A stretch of DNA of 64,000 bases from an uncultured Methanomicrobiaceae archaeon. GTDB lineage: Archaea; Halobacteriota; Methanomicrobia; Methanomicrobiales; Methanoculleaceae. Under the pieces are notes generated by a model. The model was given only the letters and a program-made list of their open reading frames with translations, had not been told where the DNA came from and did no database searches. The stretch covers positions 1,344,001 to 1,408,000 of the forward strand of contig CAWGXH010000004.1 in NCBI GenBank assembly GCA_963826525.1, written 5' to 3'. The position numbers and the translations under genes were made by a program. This document shows positions 38,029-47,584 of this stretch, piece by piece. Position 1 is the stretch's first letter. Every line of letters starts with the position of its first letter.

Positions 38029-38946
38029 ATGTCCACTGGAGAGAACCGGTGCTCCCGCTGCCGCGAATCTGCGGTCATCCGTCTCACCGGCCCGGAGCGG
38101 CGGTTGTGCGTCGGCCACTTCATCGAGGACGTCGAGGCGCGTGTTCTCGCCACCCTCGAACGTGACCGTATGGTTTCGCCGGCCGACCGGATCGCCGTCG
38201 GCCTGAGTGGGGGAAAAGACAGCACCGCCCTGCTCCTGCTGCTCCACCGCCTCCTCCCAACGCCGGAAGCGAGCCTCGTCGCGGTCACCGTCGACGAAGG
38301 CATCGCGGGCTACCGCGAGGAGACGGTCGCGGCCGCGGAAGACCTGACGAACGAGCTCGGCGTCGAGCACCGGATCGTCACGTTCGCCGATCTCTTCGGG
38401 GACGATCTCGACAGGATACTTGCCGGGAGAGAGGCGCAGGCCTGCACCGTCTGCGGCGTGCTGCGCAGGCGGGCGCTCGTCGAGGCGGCGAAGCGGATCG
38501 GTGCGACGAAACTTGCCACCGGCCATAACCTCGACGACGAGGCGCAGTCGGTCCTTATGAACGTGCTCCGCGGGGACCTCCCTCACCTCCTCCACGATAC
38601 CTCGTCCGGGCAACCCGGGCACTTCGTTCCGCGGATAAAACCGCTCAGTGCACTCTCCGAGAAGGAGATCACGACGTACCTGCTCCTCCGGGAGTACTAT
38701 CGCGACCTGCCTGAGTGCCCGTACGCCGGCACCGCGCTTCGATCGGAGGTGCGCTCGATGCTCGCCGCGATGGAGCATCGCCATCCGGGCACGATGGGCC
38801 GCCTCATGCAGTTCCGCGACGAGGTCAGGCGCTCGGCCGGTTCTGCCGACCGGAAAGGGCTGCTTCGCACCTGCCGTATCTGCGGCGAACTTGCGAGCGG
38901 CGAGATCTGCCAGGTCTGCAGGCTGCTCGGACGGGAAGAGCGGTAG
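38029..38946 (+). CDS. ttuA: TtuA/Ncs6-family tRNA 2-thiolation enzyme
   Basis: N-terminal CxxC..CxxH, PP-loop SGGKDS, CTVCGVLRR, TGHNLDD, RIKPL, CPY, C-terminal CxxC..CxxC. Confidence 0.88.
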   Translation: MSTGENRCSRCRESAVIRLTGPERRLCVGHFIEDVEARVLATLERDRMVSPADRIAVGLSGGKDSTALLLLLHRLLPTPEASLVAVTVDEGIAGYREETVAAAEDLTNELGVEHRIVTFADLFGDDLDRILAGREAQACTVCGVLRRRALVEAAKRIGATKLATGHNLDDEAQSVLMNVLRGDLPHLLHDTSSGQPGHFVPRIKPLSALSEKEITTYLLLREYYRDLPECPYAGTALRSEVRSMLAAMEHRHPGTMGRLMQFRDEVRRSAGSADRKGLLRTCRICGELASGEICQVCRLLGREER

Positions 38947-39025
38947 AGCCTGCACGCCCGGATCACGAGGCATATCTGCCTGCAGAAAAAGAGGTATAAA
39001 GAGCATTCTTCGAGGGAGATACGTC

Positions 39026-39886
39026 ATGGCACCGGATACGGACGAGCATATCATCGAAGCGATAGGAAAGACCAGGGTCGTCGTCAGGAACGGAAAGGTC
39101 GTGGAGGTCGGCGAGGCAATCATCACCGACTGCCCGCTCGCAAAAAGGTTCGCATGCCCGGTTCGCGAGATCTCGGCAGAAGCGGTCAGGGAGAATATCG
39201 AGCACCGGATTCTGGCGTTCGGGATGTGCACGCCCGACCGGGAGGTCTACGACACCCGGGAGTTCGTCGGTTTCGGGGCGTCCGAGCTGCTCAGTTTCGG
39301 CATGAAGGCCGGTATGTTCGACGCCGCGGTTCTCGCCTGCGACGGCGCCGGCACGGTCGTCGTGACCGACCCTGCTATGTTGCAGGGCATCGGCGGCAGG
39401 ATGTCGGGACTTGTCCGGACGACGCCGTACCCGTCGGTCATGGACCGGATCGAAGAGGGTGGCGGCACCGTCCTCGACCGCGAGAGTGCGGCGATCGACC
39501 AGGTGGCAGGCGTCGCGCTCGCGAAGGCCGAAGGCTACCACAGCGTCGCTGTCACGGTCGCCCTACCTGTTGATGTGGCGGAGATTCGCCGGGTGCACCC
39601 CGATGCCTTTATCGTCGCGGTGCATGTCACCGGCCTTACGCAGGATGAGGCGGCGGTTATCGCCGCGGCCGCCGATCTCGTGACGGCCTGTGCATCGGGG
39701 ACAGTCAGGGAGGTGGCCGGCTCACGGGCGCTCGTCCAAGCCGGAGTCTCGGTGCCGGTCTACGCGATGACCGAACGGGGCAAAGACCTCATCATCGAGA
39801 AGATATGCCGGTCGGACGAGCCGGTGCTGATCAAACCTACTCGTCTCCCGGTCGCCGGAGACCGGCAGCCCGATCCCCTGGTGTGA
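39026..39886 (+). CDS. Methanogenesis marker protein 8 (DUF2099)
   Basis: DEHIIEAIGKTRVVV.NGKVVEVGE, CPL, FGMCT, FGASE, ACDGAGTV, QGIGGRMSGL, TACAS. Confidence 0.85.
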   Translation: MAPDTDEHIIEAIGKTRVVVRNGKVVEVGEAIITDCPLAKRFACPVREISAEAVRENIEHRILAFGMCTPDREVYDTREFVGFGASELLSFGMKAGMFDAAVLACDGAGTVVVTDPAMLQGIGGRMSGLVRTTPYPSVMDRIEEGGGTVLDRESAAIDQVAGVALAKAEGYHSVAVTVALPVDVAEIRRVHPDAFIVAVHVTGLTQDEAAVIAAAADLVTACASGTVREVAGSRALVQAGVSVPVYAMTERGKDLIIEKICRSDEPVLIKPTRLPVAGDRQPDPLV

Positions 39887-40022
39887 AAGTCACTTCGGAC
39901 ATGCCCTGACGCGGAGGCCGTAGCACAGCCCTTTGAGTGTGTGGCGCATATACTCGGTGCACTGCACCCGCTCCGCTCCAGGCGTCTCGACGGCTAGGAG
40001 CGACTCTCTCGCCGCGAGCACG

Positions 40023-40376
40023 TCAGTCAGGCGTCCCCGGGCTTGTACCGGTCTTCCCCTCCTCGTTACACCTGCCGAACCCAGGGTCTTCTTCCCGGAG
40101 CTGTACGCAGATGGCGCAGATCCGTGCGGCGAGGTCGTCCACCCTCCCTTCGCGGAGGTCCCGGGCGAGTCCTGCGATTGATGCCTTCACGTCGTTCTCA
40201 AAGACGATTCGATAGCCTCGCTTTCCGGAGAGGTACTGCGAGATCGCCGACGGCGCCATCCCGAGGAGCCGTGCGGCCTCCTGCTGGGAGACATCGCACC
40301 GGATCAGTTCTTCGGCGATAGCCGCCCGGATTGCGGGCAGCACGTCCCAGACAATAGCCTGACAGGGCAACTTCAT
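40023..40376 (-). CDS. XRE/HTH transcriptional regulator with Cys motifs (COG2522-like)
   Basis: MKLPCQ.IVWDVLPAIRAAIAEEL...SQQEAARLLGMAPSAISQYLSGKRG...ICAIC. Confidence 0.85.
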   Translation of the reverse strand: MKLPCQAIVWDVLPAIRAAIAEELIRCDVSQQEAARLLGMAPSAISQYLSGKRGYRIVFENDVKASIAGLARDLREGRVDDLAARICAICVQLREEDPGFGRCNEEGKTGTSPGTPD

Positions 40377-40421
40377 GATATCACAACGCTTAAAGGATTG
40401 TGAATAGCACATTTAATGGAA

Positions 40422-40437
40422 ATTCACAATTGTGAAT
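40422..40437. promoter_or_regulatory. Perfect 16-bp palindrome, operator candidate
   Basis: ATTCACAATTGTGAAT between the divergent HTH gene and iscS; extra half-sites ATCACAA (40380-40386) and ATTGTGAAT (40397-40405). Confidence 0.75.
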
Positions 40438-40496
40438 GGGCAGGAACTCACAAATATCTTTCCCCGTCACCCTGCCCACACCGGAAGTGGACGTTC

Positions 40497-41678
40497 ATGG
40501 CTATGAAACAGGTGTATATGGATCACGCGGCGACCACGCCGACCCACCCGGAGGTCGTCACGGCAATGCTCCCGTACTTCTCGGAGCGGTTCGGGAATCC
40601 CTCCTCGCTCTACAGCAGGGCGCGGGAGGCGCGGAAAGCCGTGGAAGAAGCCCGCGTGAAGGTAGCGACTGTGCTCGGGGCTACCCCCGAGGAGATCTTC
40701 TTCACTTCCGGCGGGACGGAGTCGGACAACTGGGCGATAAAGGGAACTGCCGTCGCCCATCGGAAGAAGGGAAACCATATCATCACCTCGTCGATCGAGC
40801 ACCATGCGGTCATCCATCCCTGCGAATACCTCGAGAAGCAGGGTTTTTCGGTGACCTACCTCCCCGTCGACGAGTACGGCAGGGTCGACCCTGCGGCGGT
40901 CGAGGCCGCCATCACTCCCGGGACGATCCTCATCTCGGTGATGACCGCGAACAACGAGATCGGCACCATCCAGCCGGTCGCCGAGATCGGGAATATCGCC
41001 CGCGAGCATGGCGTCCTCTTCCACACCGATGCCGTGCAGGCGATCGGTGCGATACCTATCGACGTAAATGCACTGAACGTCGATCTCCTCTCGCTCTCCG
41101 CTCACAAGTTCTACGGCCCAAAAGGGATCGGGGCGCTCTACATCAGAAAGGGCACCAGGGCAGAGACGCTCATCCACGGCGGCGGCCAGGAGCGGCGGCG
41201 ACGGGCGGGCACCGAGAATGTTCCCGGGATCGTGGGGCTCGGGAAAGCGATCGAGCGTGCCGCCACCGATCTCGAGGGGCGCACCCGGCGTATCGCCGCG
41301 ATGCGCGACCGCCTGATCGCGGGCATCTTCGATACGATACCGGATACCCGGTTGAACGGCCATCCGACACTGCGGCTGGCGAACAACGTCAACATCGCGT
41401 TCCGCTATGTGGAGGGCGAGTCGATCCTGCTGATGCTCGACCACTTCGGCATCGCCGCCTCGACGGGGAGCGCCTGCACCTCGGCGACCCTCGACCCCTC
41501 GCACGTCCTCCTCGCCTGCGGCCTCCCACCTGAACACGCCCATGGCTCGCTCCGGCTCACCCTCGGGGAGGAGAACTCCGACGAGGATCTCGACTACGTC
41601 CTCGAGGTGCTCCCCGGCGTCATCGAACGGCTCCGGAGCATGTCGCCGCTGACGCCGCCGGCAGAGGGAGGAAGATGA
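40497..41678 (+). CDS. iscS: Cysteine desulfurase
   Basis: [50 protein letters not shown]. Confidence 0.95.
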   Translation: MAMKQVYMDHAATTPTHPEVVTAMLPYFSERFGNPSSLYSRAREARKAVEEARVKVATVLGATPEEIFFTSGGTESDNWAIKGTAVAHRKKGNHIITSSIEHHAVIHPCEYLEKQGFSVTYLPVDEYGRVDPAAVEAAITPGTILISVMTANNEIGTIQPVAEIGNIAREHGVLFHTDAVQAIGAIPIDVNALNVDLLSLSAHKFYGPKGIGALYIRKGTRAETLIHGGGQERRRRAGTENVPGIVGLGKAIERAATDLEGRTRRIAAMRDRLIAGIFDTIPDTRLNGHPTLRLANNVNIAFRYVEGESILLMLDHFGIAASTGSACTSATLDPSHVLLACGLPPEHAHGSLRLTLGEENSDEDLDYVLEVLPGVIERLRSMSPLTPPAEGGR

Positions 41679-42106
41679 TGACAGAATACAGCGATACCGT
41701 CATGGACCATTTCATGAACCCCCGGAATATGGGGGAGATCGTGGATGCGGACGGCGTTGGCGAGGTCGGGAACCCGGCCTGCGGCGATATCATGAAGATC
41801 TCCATCCGGGTCGCCGACGACCGGATCATGGACGCGAAGTTCAAGACCTTCGGGTGCGGGGCGGCGATCGCCTCGAGTTCCATGGCTACGGAGATGATCG
41901 TCGGAAAGACGCTTAAAGAGGCCTGGGAGATCACGAACCGGGCGGTCACCGAGGCGCTCGAAGGTCTCCCGCCGCAGAAACTGCACTGCTCGGTGCTTGC
42001 GGAGGAGGGCATCCATGCAGCGATTAACGACTACCGCGTGCGTAGCGGCCTCGCTCTGTGGGAGGAGCGCCCTTCCCGCGCCCACCATTCGGGGGAACCG
42101 GAGTGA
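41675..42106 (+). CDS. iscU: Fe-S cluster scaffold protein
   Basis: [37 protein letters not shown]. Confidence 0.95.
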   Translation: MMTEYSDTVMDHFMNPRNMGEIVDADGVGEVGNPACGDIMKISIRVADDRIMDAKFKTFGCGAAIASSSMATEMIVGKTLKEAWEITNRAVTEALEGLPPQKLHCSVLAEEGIHAAINDYRVRSGLALWEERPSRAHHSGEPE

Positions 42107-42849
42107 CCGGCATTCTTGACGAGCGCGAGTTCTCGCGGTACGGCAGGCAGATCCTCCTCTTCGGCGAGGAGGGGCAGGAACGGCTGAAGGCAGCGAAAGT
42201 CTTCATAGCCGGTGCCGGCGGGCTTGGCTGCCCGGCCGCCCTCTACCTTGCCGCGGCGGGGATCGGTGAGATCCTGCTTGCGGACTGCGATGTCGTCGAC
42301 CGCACCAACTTAAACCGGCAGGTTCTCCACTGGGAGCGGGACGTCGGCCGCAGGAAGACCGACTCCGCTACGGAAAAACTCCGTGCACTGAATCCGGATA
42401 TCAGGGTGACGGATCTTCCGGTCACCATCGACGAGGCGAATGCGGCGGCGCTCGTCGGCGATGCCGACCTGATCGTCGACGCCATGGACAACTTCGAGAC
42501 CCGCTACCTCTTAAACCGGGTCGCCCTCCGGAAGGACATCCCATTCATCCACGGCGCCATTCGGGGGTTCGATGGTCAGGCGACAACCATTATCCCGGGA
42601 AAGACCGCGTGCCTCCGGTGCATCTTCCCGAGAGCCCCTCCGGCAGAGGTCTTCCCGGTCGTCGGCGTCACGGCCGGGATCATCGGGATGATCCAGGCGA
42701 ACGAGGCGATCAAGTTCCTCCTCGGGATGGACGGCCTGCTCGCCGGCAGGCTCCTCATCTGGAGCGGGGTTACAACAGAGACGGAAACTCTGCAGGTGGA
42801 GCGGCACCCGGGCTGCGAGGATTGCGGCGAGGGATGCATGATCGCGTAA
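42103..42849 (+). CDS. moeB: MoeB/ThiF/UbaA-family E1-like adenylyltransferase
   Basis: RYGRQI, GAGGLG, DVVDRTNLNRQ, DAMDNF.TR, CLRC and CEDC. Confidence 0.88.
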   Translation: MTGILDEREFSRYGRQILLFGEEGQERLKAAKVFIAGAGGLGCPAALYLAAAGIGEILLADCDVVDRTNLNRQVLHWERDVGRRKTDSATEKLRALNPDIRVTDLPVTIDEANAAALVGDADLIVDAMDNFETRYLLNRVALRKDIPFIHGAIRGFDGQATTIIPGKTACLRCIFPRAPPAEVFPVVGVTAGIIGMIQANEAIKFLLGMDGLLAGRLLIWSGVTTETETLQVERHPGCEDCGEGCMIA

Positions 42850-42965
42850 AGGTGCGTCTCCGGGCATTCGCCCGGTTCCGGTTCCCGCCGCCCATCCCCC
42901 TTCTTGAGCCTTCCGTTCTGCCCTTCCGCATGACCGTGATTTTCCACTTGTTTCGGTGCCCCTAA
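42834..42965 (+). pseudogene. Truncated MoaD-like N-terminus
   Basis: MHDRVKVRLRAFARFR overlaps the moeB stop and resembles a MoaD start (v.vr.FA.fRe); similarity then ends and there is no C-terminal GG. Confidence 0.45.
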
Positions 42966-43235
42966 GTGGTAAGCGCCGGGAAAACAGAGTCTCAACCCTG
43001 ATCCCGCATCGTATCCCCGAGGAGGCGAGAAGACGGGTGACGGAGCGAGCGGGCAGTTTGCCGGAGAGGCAGGCCACCGGATTCTTTTGGGCATCCGTAT
43101 GCTGCCCGTGTCCCGCATCATCTCTGCCCGATGAATCGCACGGAAGTGGGTCAGGCACGGGAACATTTATGTGAGCGGGAGCGTGTAGGAGACCTGCAGT
43201 CGAGGCTGCATGACGATGGAACAGGAGTTGTGGAT

Positions 43236-43958
43236 ATGGTAGAGAATGAATCACCGGGCGGGCTCCGGAGTGATATTGATACGGTGATATCCGAGATGCA
43301 CAGGCGGCTCCACGAGATGGTTGCGGGGGCCGGAAGAGCCGGGCAGCAGATGATGCCCGCGATCCGCGGAGAGATGCCGGTCGATCTCCGGGAGCTCGAG
43401 GATGAAGTTGTGGTCGTCGCCGATCTCCCGGGGCTGAAGAGTAGTGATGTCACGGTACGGCTCCTCAGCCCGGGAACACTGCGGATCACCGCTCGGCGCG
43501 AAGGGGCGGCAGAGGAAGCACGGGAAGGCTACGTTATCAGGGAGAGGATGTTCGGTGAGCTGAGCAGGACCGTGAACCTTCATGCAGACGTCACGGACGA
43601 AGGTGCATCAGCCACCTTCAAGAACGGTGTGCTGGCGGTGCGGCTGAAGAAGATTCCCGAGGCGCAGGGGATCGAGATCGCGGTCAGTGAAGAAGGAGAG
43701 CAGGCCGGCACTGCACAGGCCCGGTCCGCCGAAGAGGCTGCAGCAGAGCACCGGGAGATGGTCGAGGAGCAGTACAGGGAAGACCGGGAGAAGGTAGAGC
43801 CGTCCGGCTACATGAGTTCCGAGGAGCTCGAGCGGGAAGCGAAGCAGATCGAACTCGAAGAGAAAGGGAGCCCCGAAGAGGTTGCGAAGGCAGCCGAACT
43901 CCGAAAACAGAAAGAACAGGAGTACGAGGAAGCGAAGAAGAAGCTCGGCGGTCAGTAG
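43236..43958 (+). CDS. Hsp20/alpha-crystallin protein with acidic C-terminal extension
   Basis: PVDLRELEDEVVVVADLPG, RERMFGELSRTV.L, ATFKNGVL.V.L.K. Confidence 0.88.
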   Translation: MVENESPGGLRSDIDTVISEMHRRLHEMVAGAGRAGQQMMPAIRGEMPVDLRELEDEVVVVADLPGLKSSDVTVRLLSPGTLRITARREGAAEEAREGYVIRERMFGELSRTVNLHADVTDEGASATFKNGVLAVRLKKIPEAQGIEIAVSEEGEQAGTAQARSAEEAAAEHREMVEEQYREDREKVEPSGYMSSEELEREAKQIELEEKGSPEEVAKAAELRKQKEQEYEEAKKKLGGQ

Positions 43959-44182
43959 GTGCCCGCAGGCTTATCGACGGTGCGGCCGGGAACCTGCGTG
44001 AATGACCGGGCGGACGCTTCCGTCTCTCCCTTCTTCGCTGAAGAGACGGAATCTACTCATCTCCCGGATTTTCCGTGCAGACCGATCCCGACCGACCGTG
44101 TGGTAAGGCCGTAGGAGCGAGACTTCGAAAAAGATCGTCGTTAACGCTGGATATAACTATTCGGTGCGCCGTATAGCAGAGC

Positions 44183-45470
44183 ATGAACCGAACCATGATC
44201 GGCATGCTGGTCCTGGCATCCTTCATCGCACTCGGCAGTATCGCTGCAGGGTGCACCGAACTGCCGGGAGCGACGCCGGTAGAGCCTGCCCCTCCCGTAG
44301 GGCAGGAGACGGTGGCGGATGCCGTCGGCAGCGTCGCCGCGGGAAACAACGAGTTCGCCTGTAATCTCTACCGGTCCCTCGCGAACGATTCGGCATCGGA
44401 CAATCTCTTCTTCTCACCCTTCAGCATCTCATCGGCCCTTGCGATCACCTACGAGGGCGCCCGCGGCACGACCGCCGACGAGATACGGGTCCGTTCTGCA
44501 CGTCCCGGAGAACGATACCCTCCGGCGAGAGGGGTTTGCCGGGATCAATGCCGGCCTGAACAGCGGCGATGCCAACTACACCCTGCGGACGGCGAACGCA
44601 CTCTGGGCGGAGGAGACGTATCCGTTCCTGCCGGAGTACATTGAGACGGCGGAGCGCTACTACGCCGCGAACGCGACGAACCTCGACTTTATCACCAGCC
44701 CCGACGAGTCCCGCGAGACGATCAACCGGTGGGTCGAGGCGCAGACCGAGGATAAAATCCGGGATCTGCTGCCGGTAGGCTCGATCACCCCACTGACCAG
44801 GCTCGTTATCACGAACGCGATCTACTTCAAGGGAACGTGGACGCTGCAGTTCGACGAGAACGAGACAGAGGACGCCGGCTTCCATGTTTCAGAAAACGAG
44901 ACTGTCCGCGTCCCGATGATGCAGCGGACCGGCGAGGATGCCGTCTACCCGTATACGGAAACCGATACGCTTCAGGTGCTTGCAATGCCGTATGCGAACG
45001 AGAACGGACGAGAACTCTCGATGTTTGTCATGCTCCCGAAGGACGGGAACCTGACGGCTGCCGAGAAGGCGCTCGATCCGGAGAACCTCTTGGAACTGCG
45101 CCGGTCGCTCGAATCGCAGCGTGTCGATGTCTATTTCCCGAAGTTCACGCTCGAGACGGAGTACAGCCTCCCGGGAACGCTCGCGGCGATGGGGATGCCG
45201 ACGGCGTTCACCGGTGCGGCCGATTTCTCGGGGATGGACGGCACGAATAACCTGTTCGTCAGCGAGGTTGTCCATAAGGCGTTCGTCGACGTGAACGAGG
45301 AGGGCACCGAGGCCGCAGCGGCGACCGGGGTCGTCGTAGGAGGGACCGCCGTCCGGGAAGATGAGACGCCCGTATTCAGGGCGGATCATCCGTTCGTCTT
45401 CCTGATCCAGGAGGAGGAGACCGGCACGATTCTCTTCATGGGGCGGGTTGTCCGGCCGGAGGCGGCCTGA
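44183..45470 (+). CDS. Serpin lipoprotein (frameshift near 44490)
   Basis: Lipobox AAGC; NLFFSPFSI, INRWVE.QT..KI, NAIYFKGTW, HKAFVDVNEEGTEAAAAT, FRADHPFVFLI. Confidence 0.92.
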
Positions 45471-45904
45471 CCTCCCTCCCTTCGGGATATCCTCCGCGGT
45501 GGCGAGGTACTCTTTCGGGAACGCGAGGTCTTCGAGTTCGCCTTCGTCCCGGATCGGTTCCACGGTCTGGCGGCCTCCCCGCTGGAGCATAGGCGTGTAT
45601 CTGTGTTCTGCCGCATGCCGCACCTGAATGACCATCTCCGCTGGGCGGGGCGCAATCGTGGTACTGCTGTTCGAGCGGCGTTGGATCGGCTTCCGGCACG
45701 ATCCAAACAGATGGCAGCAAGGGGACAGCCTGCTGCAAAGCGAACGGCTATCAGGCCGGCAGACGTCGTCGGTGATGCGGGGAAAGGGGCAGTACCCCTG
45801 CTACGCCCACCAAAGAGGGCGAAGAAGCAGGGGGCGGCCAAACCGCTGAATGTCTTCTCCAGAGCCGCTTGCGGGTGCAAAAAAGGTATACGGCTGCAGT
45901 GATC

Positions 45905-46433
45905 TTACCCCCGCCACCGCGGGAGCGTCGCGAGGTACTGCGCCACCATGCCCTCCGCCTTCCCGACCGGCATGCCGAGCTGTGCCGCCATCATCGGGGC
46001 GTACTTCCGGACCGCCTCCTCTCTCGTGAGATCGGGCTCGGTGAACGTCCCGTCCTTGTAGCAGTGGATGCAGTACGTCGTGCTCCGTGACCCGTCCGCC
46101 TCCGTCCCGGCGTCCTCATCCCGTGCAAGGGGCATGCCGCAGCTCTCGCAGGATGCAACCTCCCGCCCTGCCCACCGCTTCAGGCAGGTGAGTCTGCTCT
46201 CTGCAGAAGTTCTTCGCGTTTTCGACGGGGATCTCGAAGAGCTGTGCGAGGATAGCGCCGCCTTTCTCCGCCATTTCATCGATGGTGATACCGGGGTCGG
46301 TGAAGGCACCGTTCCGGTAGCAGTGCGTGCAGTAGTCCTTCGACAGTGCGCCGTCCGCCTCCGTACCGAAATCGCCCTCTTTCCGCATCGGCATTCCGCA
46401 GCTCTGGCATGCTTTCATAGATAGTTCGTCCAT
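45905..46433 (-). CDS. Protein with two tandem putative Zn-ribbon domains (frameshift near 46190)
   Basis: Two copies of C(Q/E)SCGMP....GTEADG....YC.HCY..G.FT.P...L.RW. Confidence 0.82.
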
Positions 46434-46784
46434 ACCGTCTCCTCCTGTTGATCGGTCACTTGTGCAGCACTGAAATGCTCTCAATCAAAGAATGGAGCAG
46501 ACTACCGATAAAGATTCTGCAACGGCTCCGGAGAAGACGCGGTCGCGCTCGGGCTCTGTCGGGCGATCCGACTCTCCGGGTGGTGCCGGGGTCACGCACC
46601 GTCGGGCGGCCGACCTGTATTCGGGGGTTCCCGGGATCGGGAGAGATGCAGGAAAAGACCGGCACCACCCGTCCGCTGCCACGCCGCCACCTCCGGAGAG
46701 ATCGTTCCTTTCTCGTTGTTCCCTTTTGAGTGCAGACTGCCCGGTTCTATGACTTTAAATCGGCAGAGTACCAATATCTCCGGA

Positions 46785-47573
46785 ATGGAGTTGACCATCC
46801 TCGCCAGCGGAAGCAAAGGAAACTCTGCCTATCTGAACGGCGAGAGCGGTGCGCTGCTCATAGACGCCGGGCTGAGTGCGCGCGAACTCGTTCGCCGGCT
46901 CGCCCGCGCCGGCGGGGATGAACAGCGAATCGAAGCGATTCTCATCACCCACGAGCATTCGGATCACCTGCGCGGCGCCGATGTCCTCGCCCGGAGGCTC
47001 GGCGTTCCCATCATCGCCACGGAAGGAACGCTTGCGGCGTTTTTCAATAAATTCGGAGACCGGGGATGCGTCAAGGCGGAGCGGTGCGTCACCGGAGAGT
47101 CTCTCTGTCTTGGTGACTTCACCATAGAACCGTTTGCAACATCCCACGACGCCCGGGAACCCTGCGGGTTCTGTATCGGCGAGCGGGATCTCCGGATCGG
47201 CTGCTGCACCGATACCGGCGTCGTCACCGACGGGATGATGGAGCGGCTCGCCGCCTGCGACGCGGTTCTCCTCGAGAGCAATCACTGCCCCGAGATGCTC
47301 GAAAACGGCCCCTATCCTGTATACCTGAAGCAACGGATCCGGTCGAAACGCGGCCACCTCTCGAATACCGCGGCATCCCTCTGCTTGCAGACGCTGGCCG
47401 GCCGGGTGGACTCGGTTCTCCTTGCGCACCTCTCCGAAGTGAACAATACCCATGAAAAAGCGCTGACGACCGCTCTTTGCGGTCTCGGCCTCTACGCCGA
47501 CCGGATGCAGATCTCCGTCGCCCCCCAGCACCCGGGGGAGGATCATCCCGCCGGCTGCGGTTTCCGCCTGTAA
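46785..47573 (+). CDS. MBL-fold metallo-hydrolase (YycJ/WalJ-like)
   Basis: LASGSKGN, LIDAG, THEHSDH, SHDA, TDTG, LESNH, GHLSN, AHLSE.N. Confidence 0.88.
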   Translation: MELTILASGSKGNSAYLNGESGALLIDAGLSARELVRRLARAGGDEQRIEAILITHEHSDHLRGADVLARRLGVPIIATEGTLAAFFNKFGDRGCVKAERCVTGESLCLGDFTIEPFATSHDAREPCGFCIGERDLRIGCCTDTGVVTDGMMERLAACDAVLLESNHCPEMLENGPYPVYLKQRIRSKRGHLSNTAASLCLQTLAGRVDSVLLAHLSEVNNTHEKALTTALCGLGLYADRMQISVAPQHPGEDHPAGCGFRL

Positions 47574-47584
47574 GACGGTCTTTT

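Noticed and set aside
45480-45900. Coding-like minus-strand stretch (MVIQVRHAAEHRYTP...)
   Set aside because: It runs antisense into the serpin and has no identifiable family or clear start; left uncalled.
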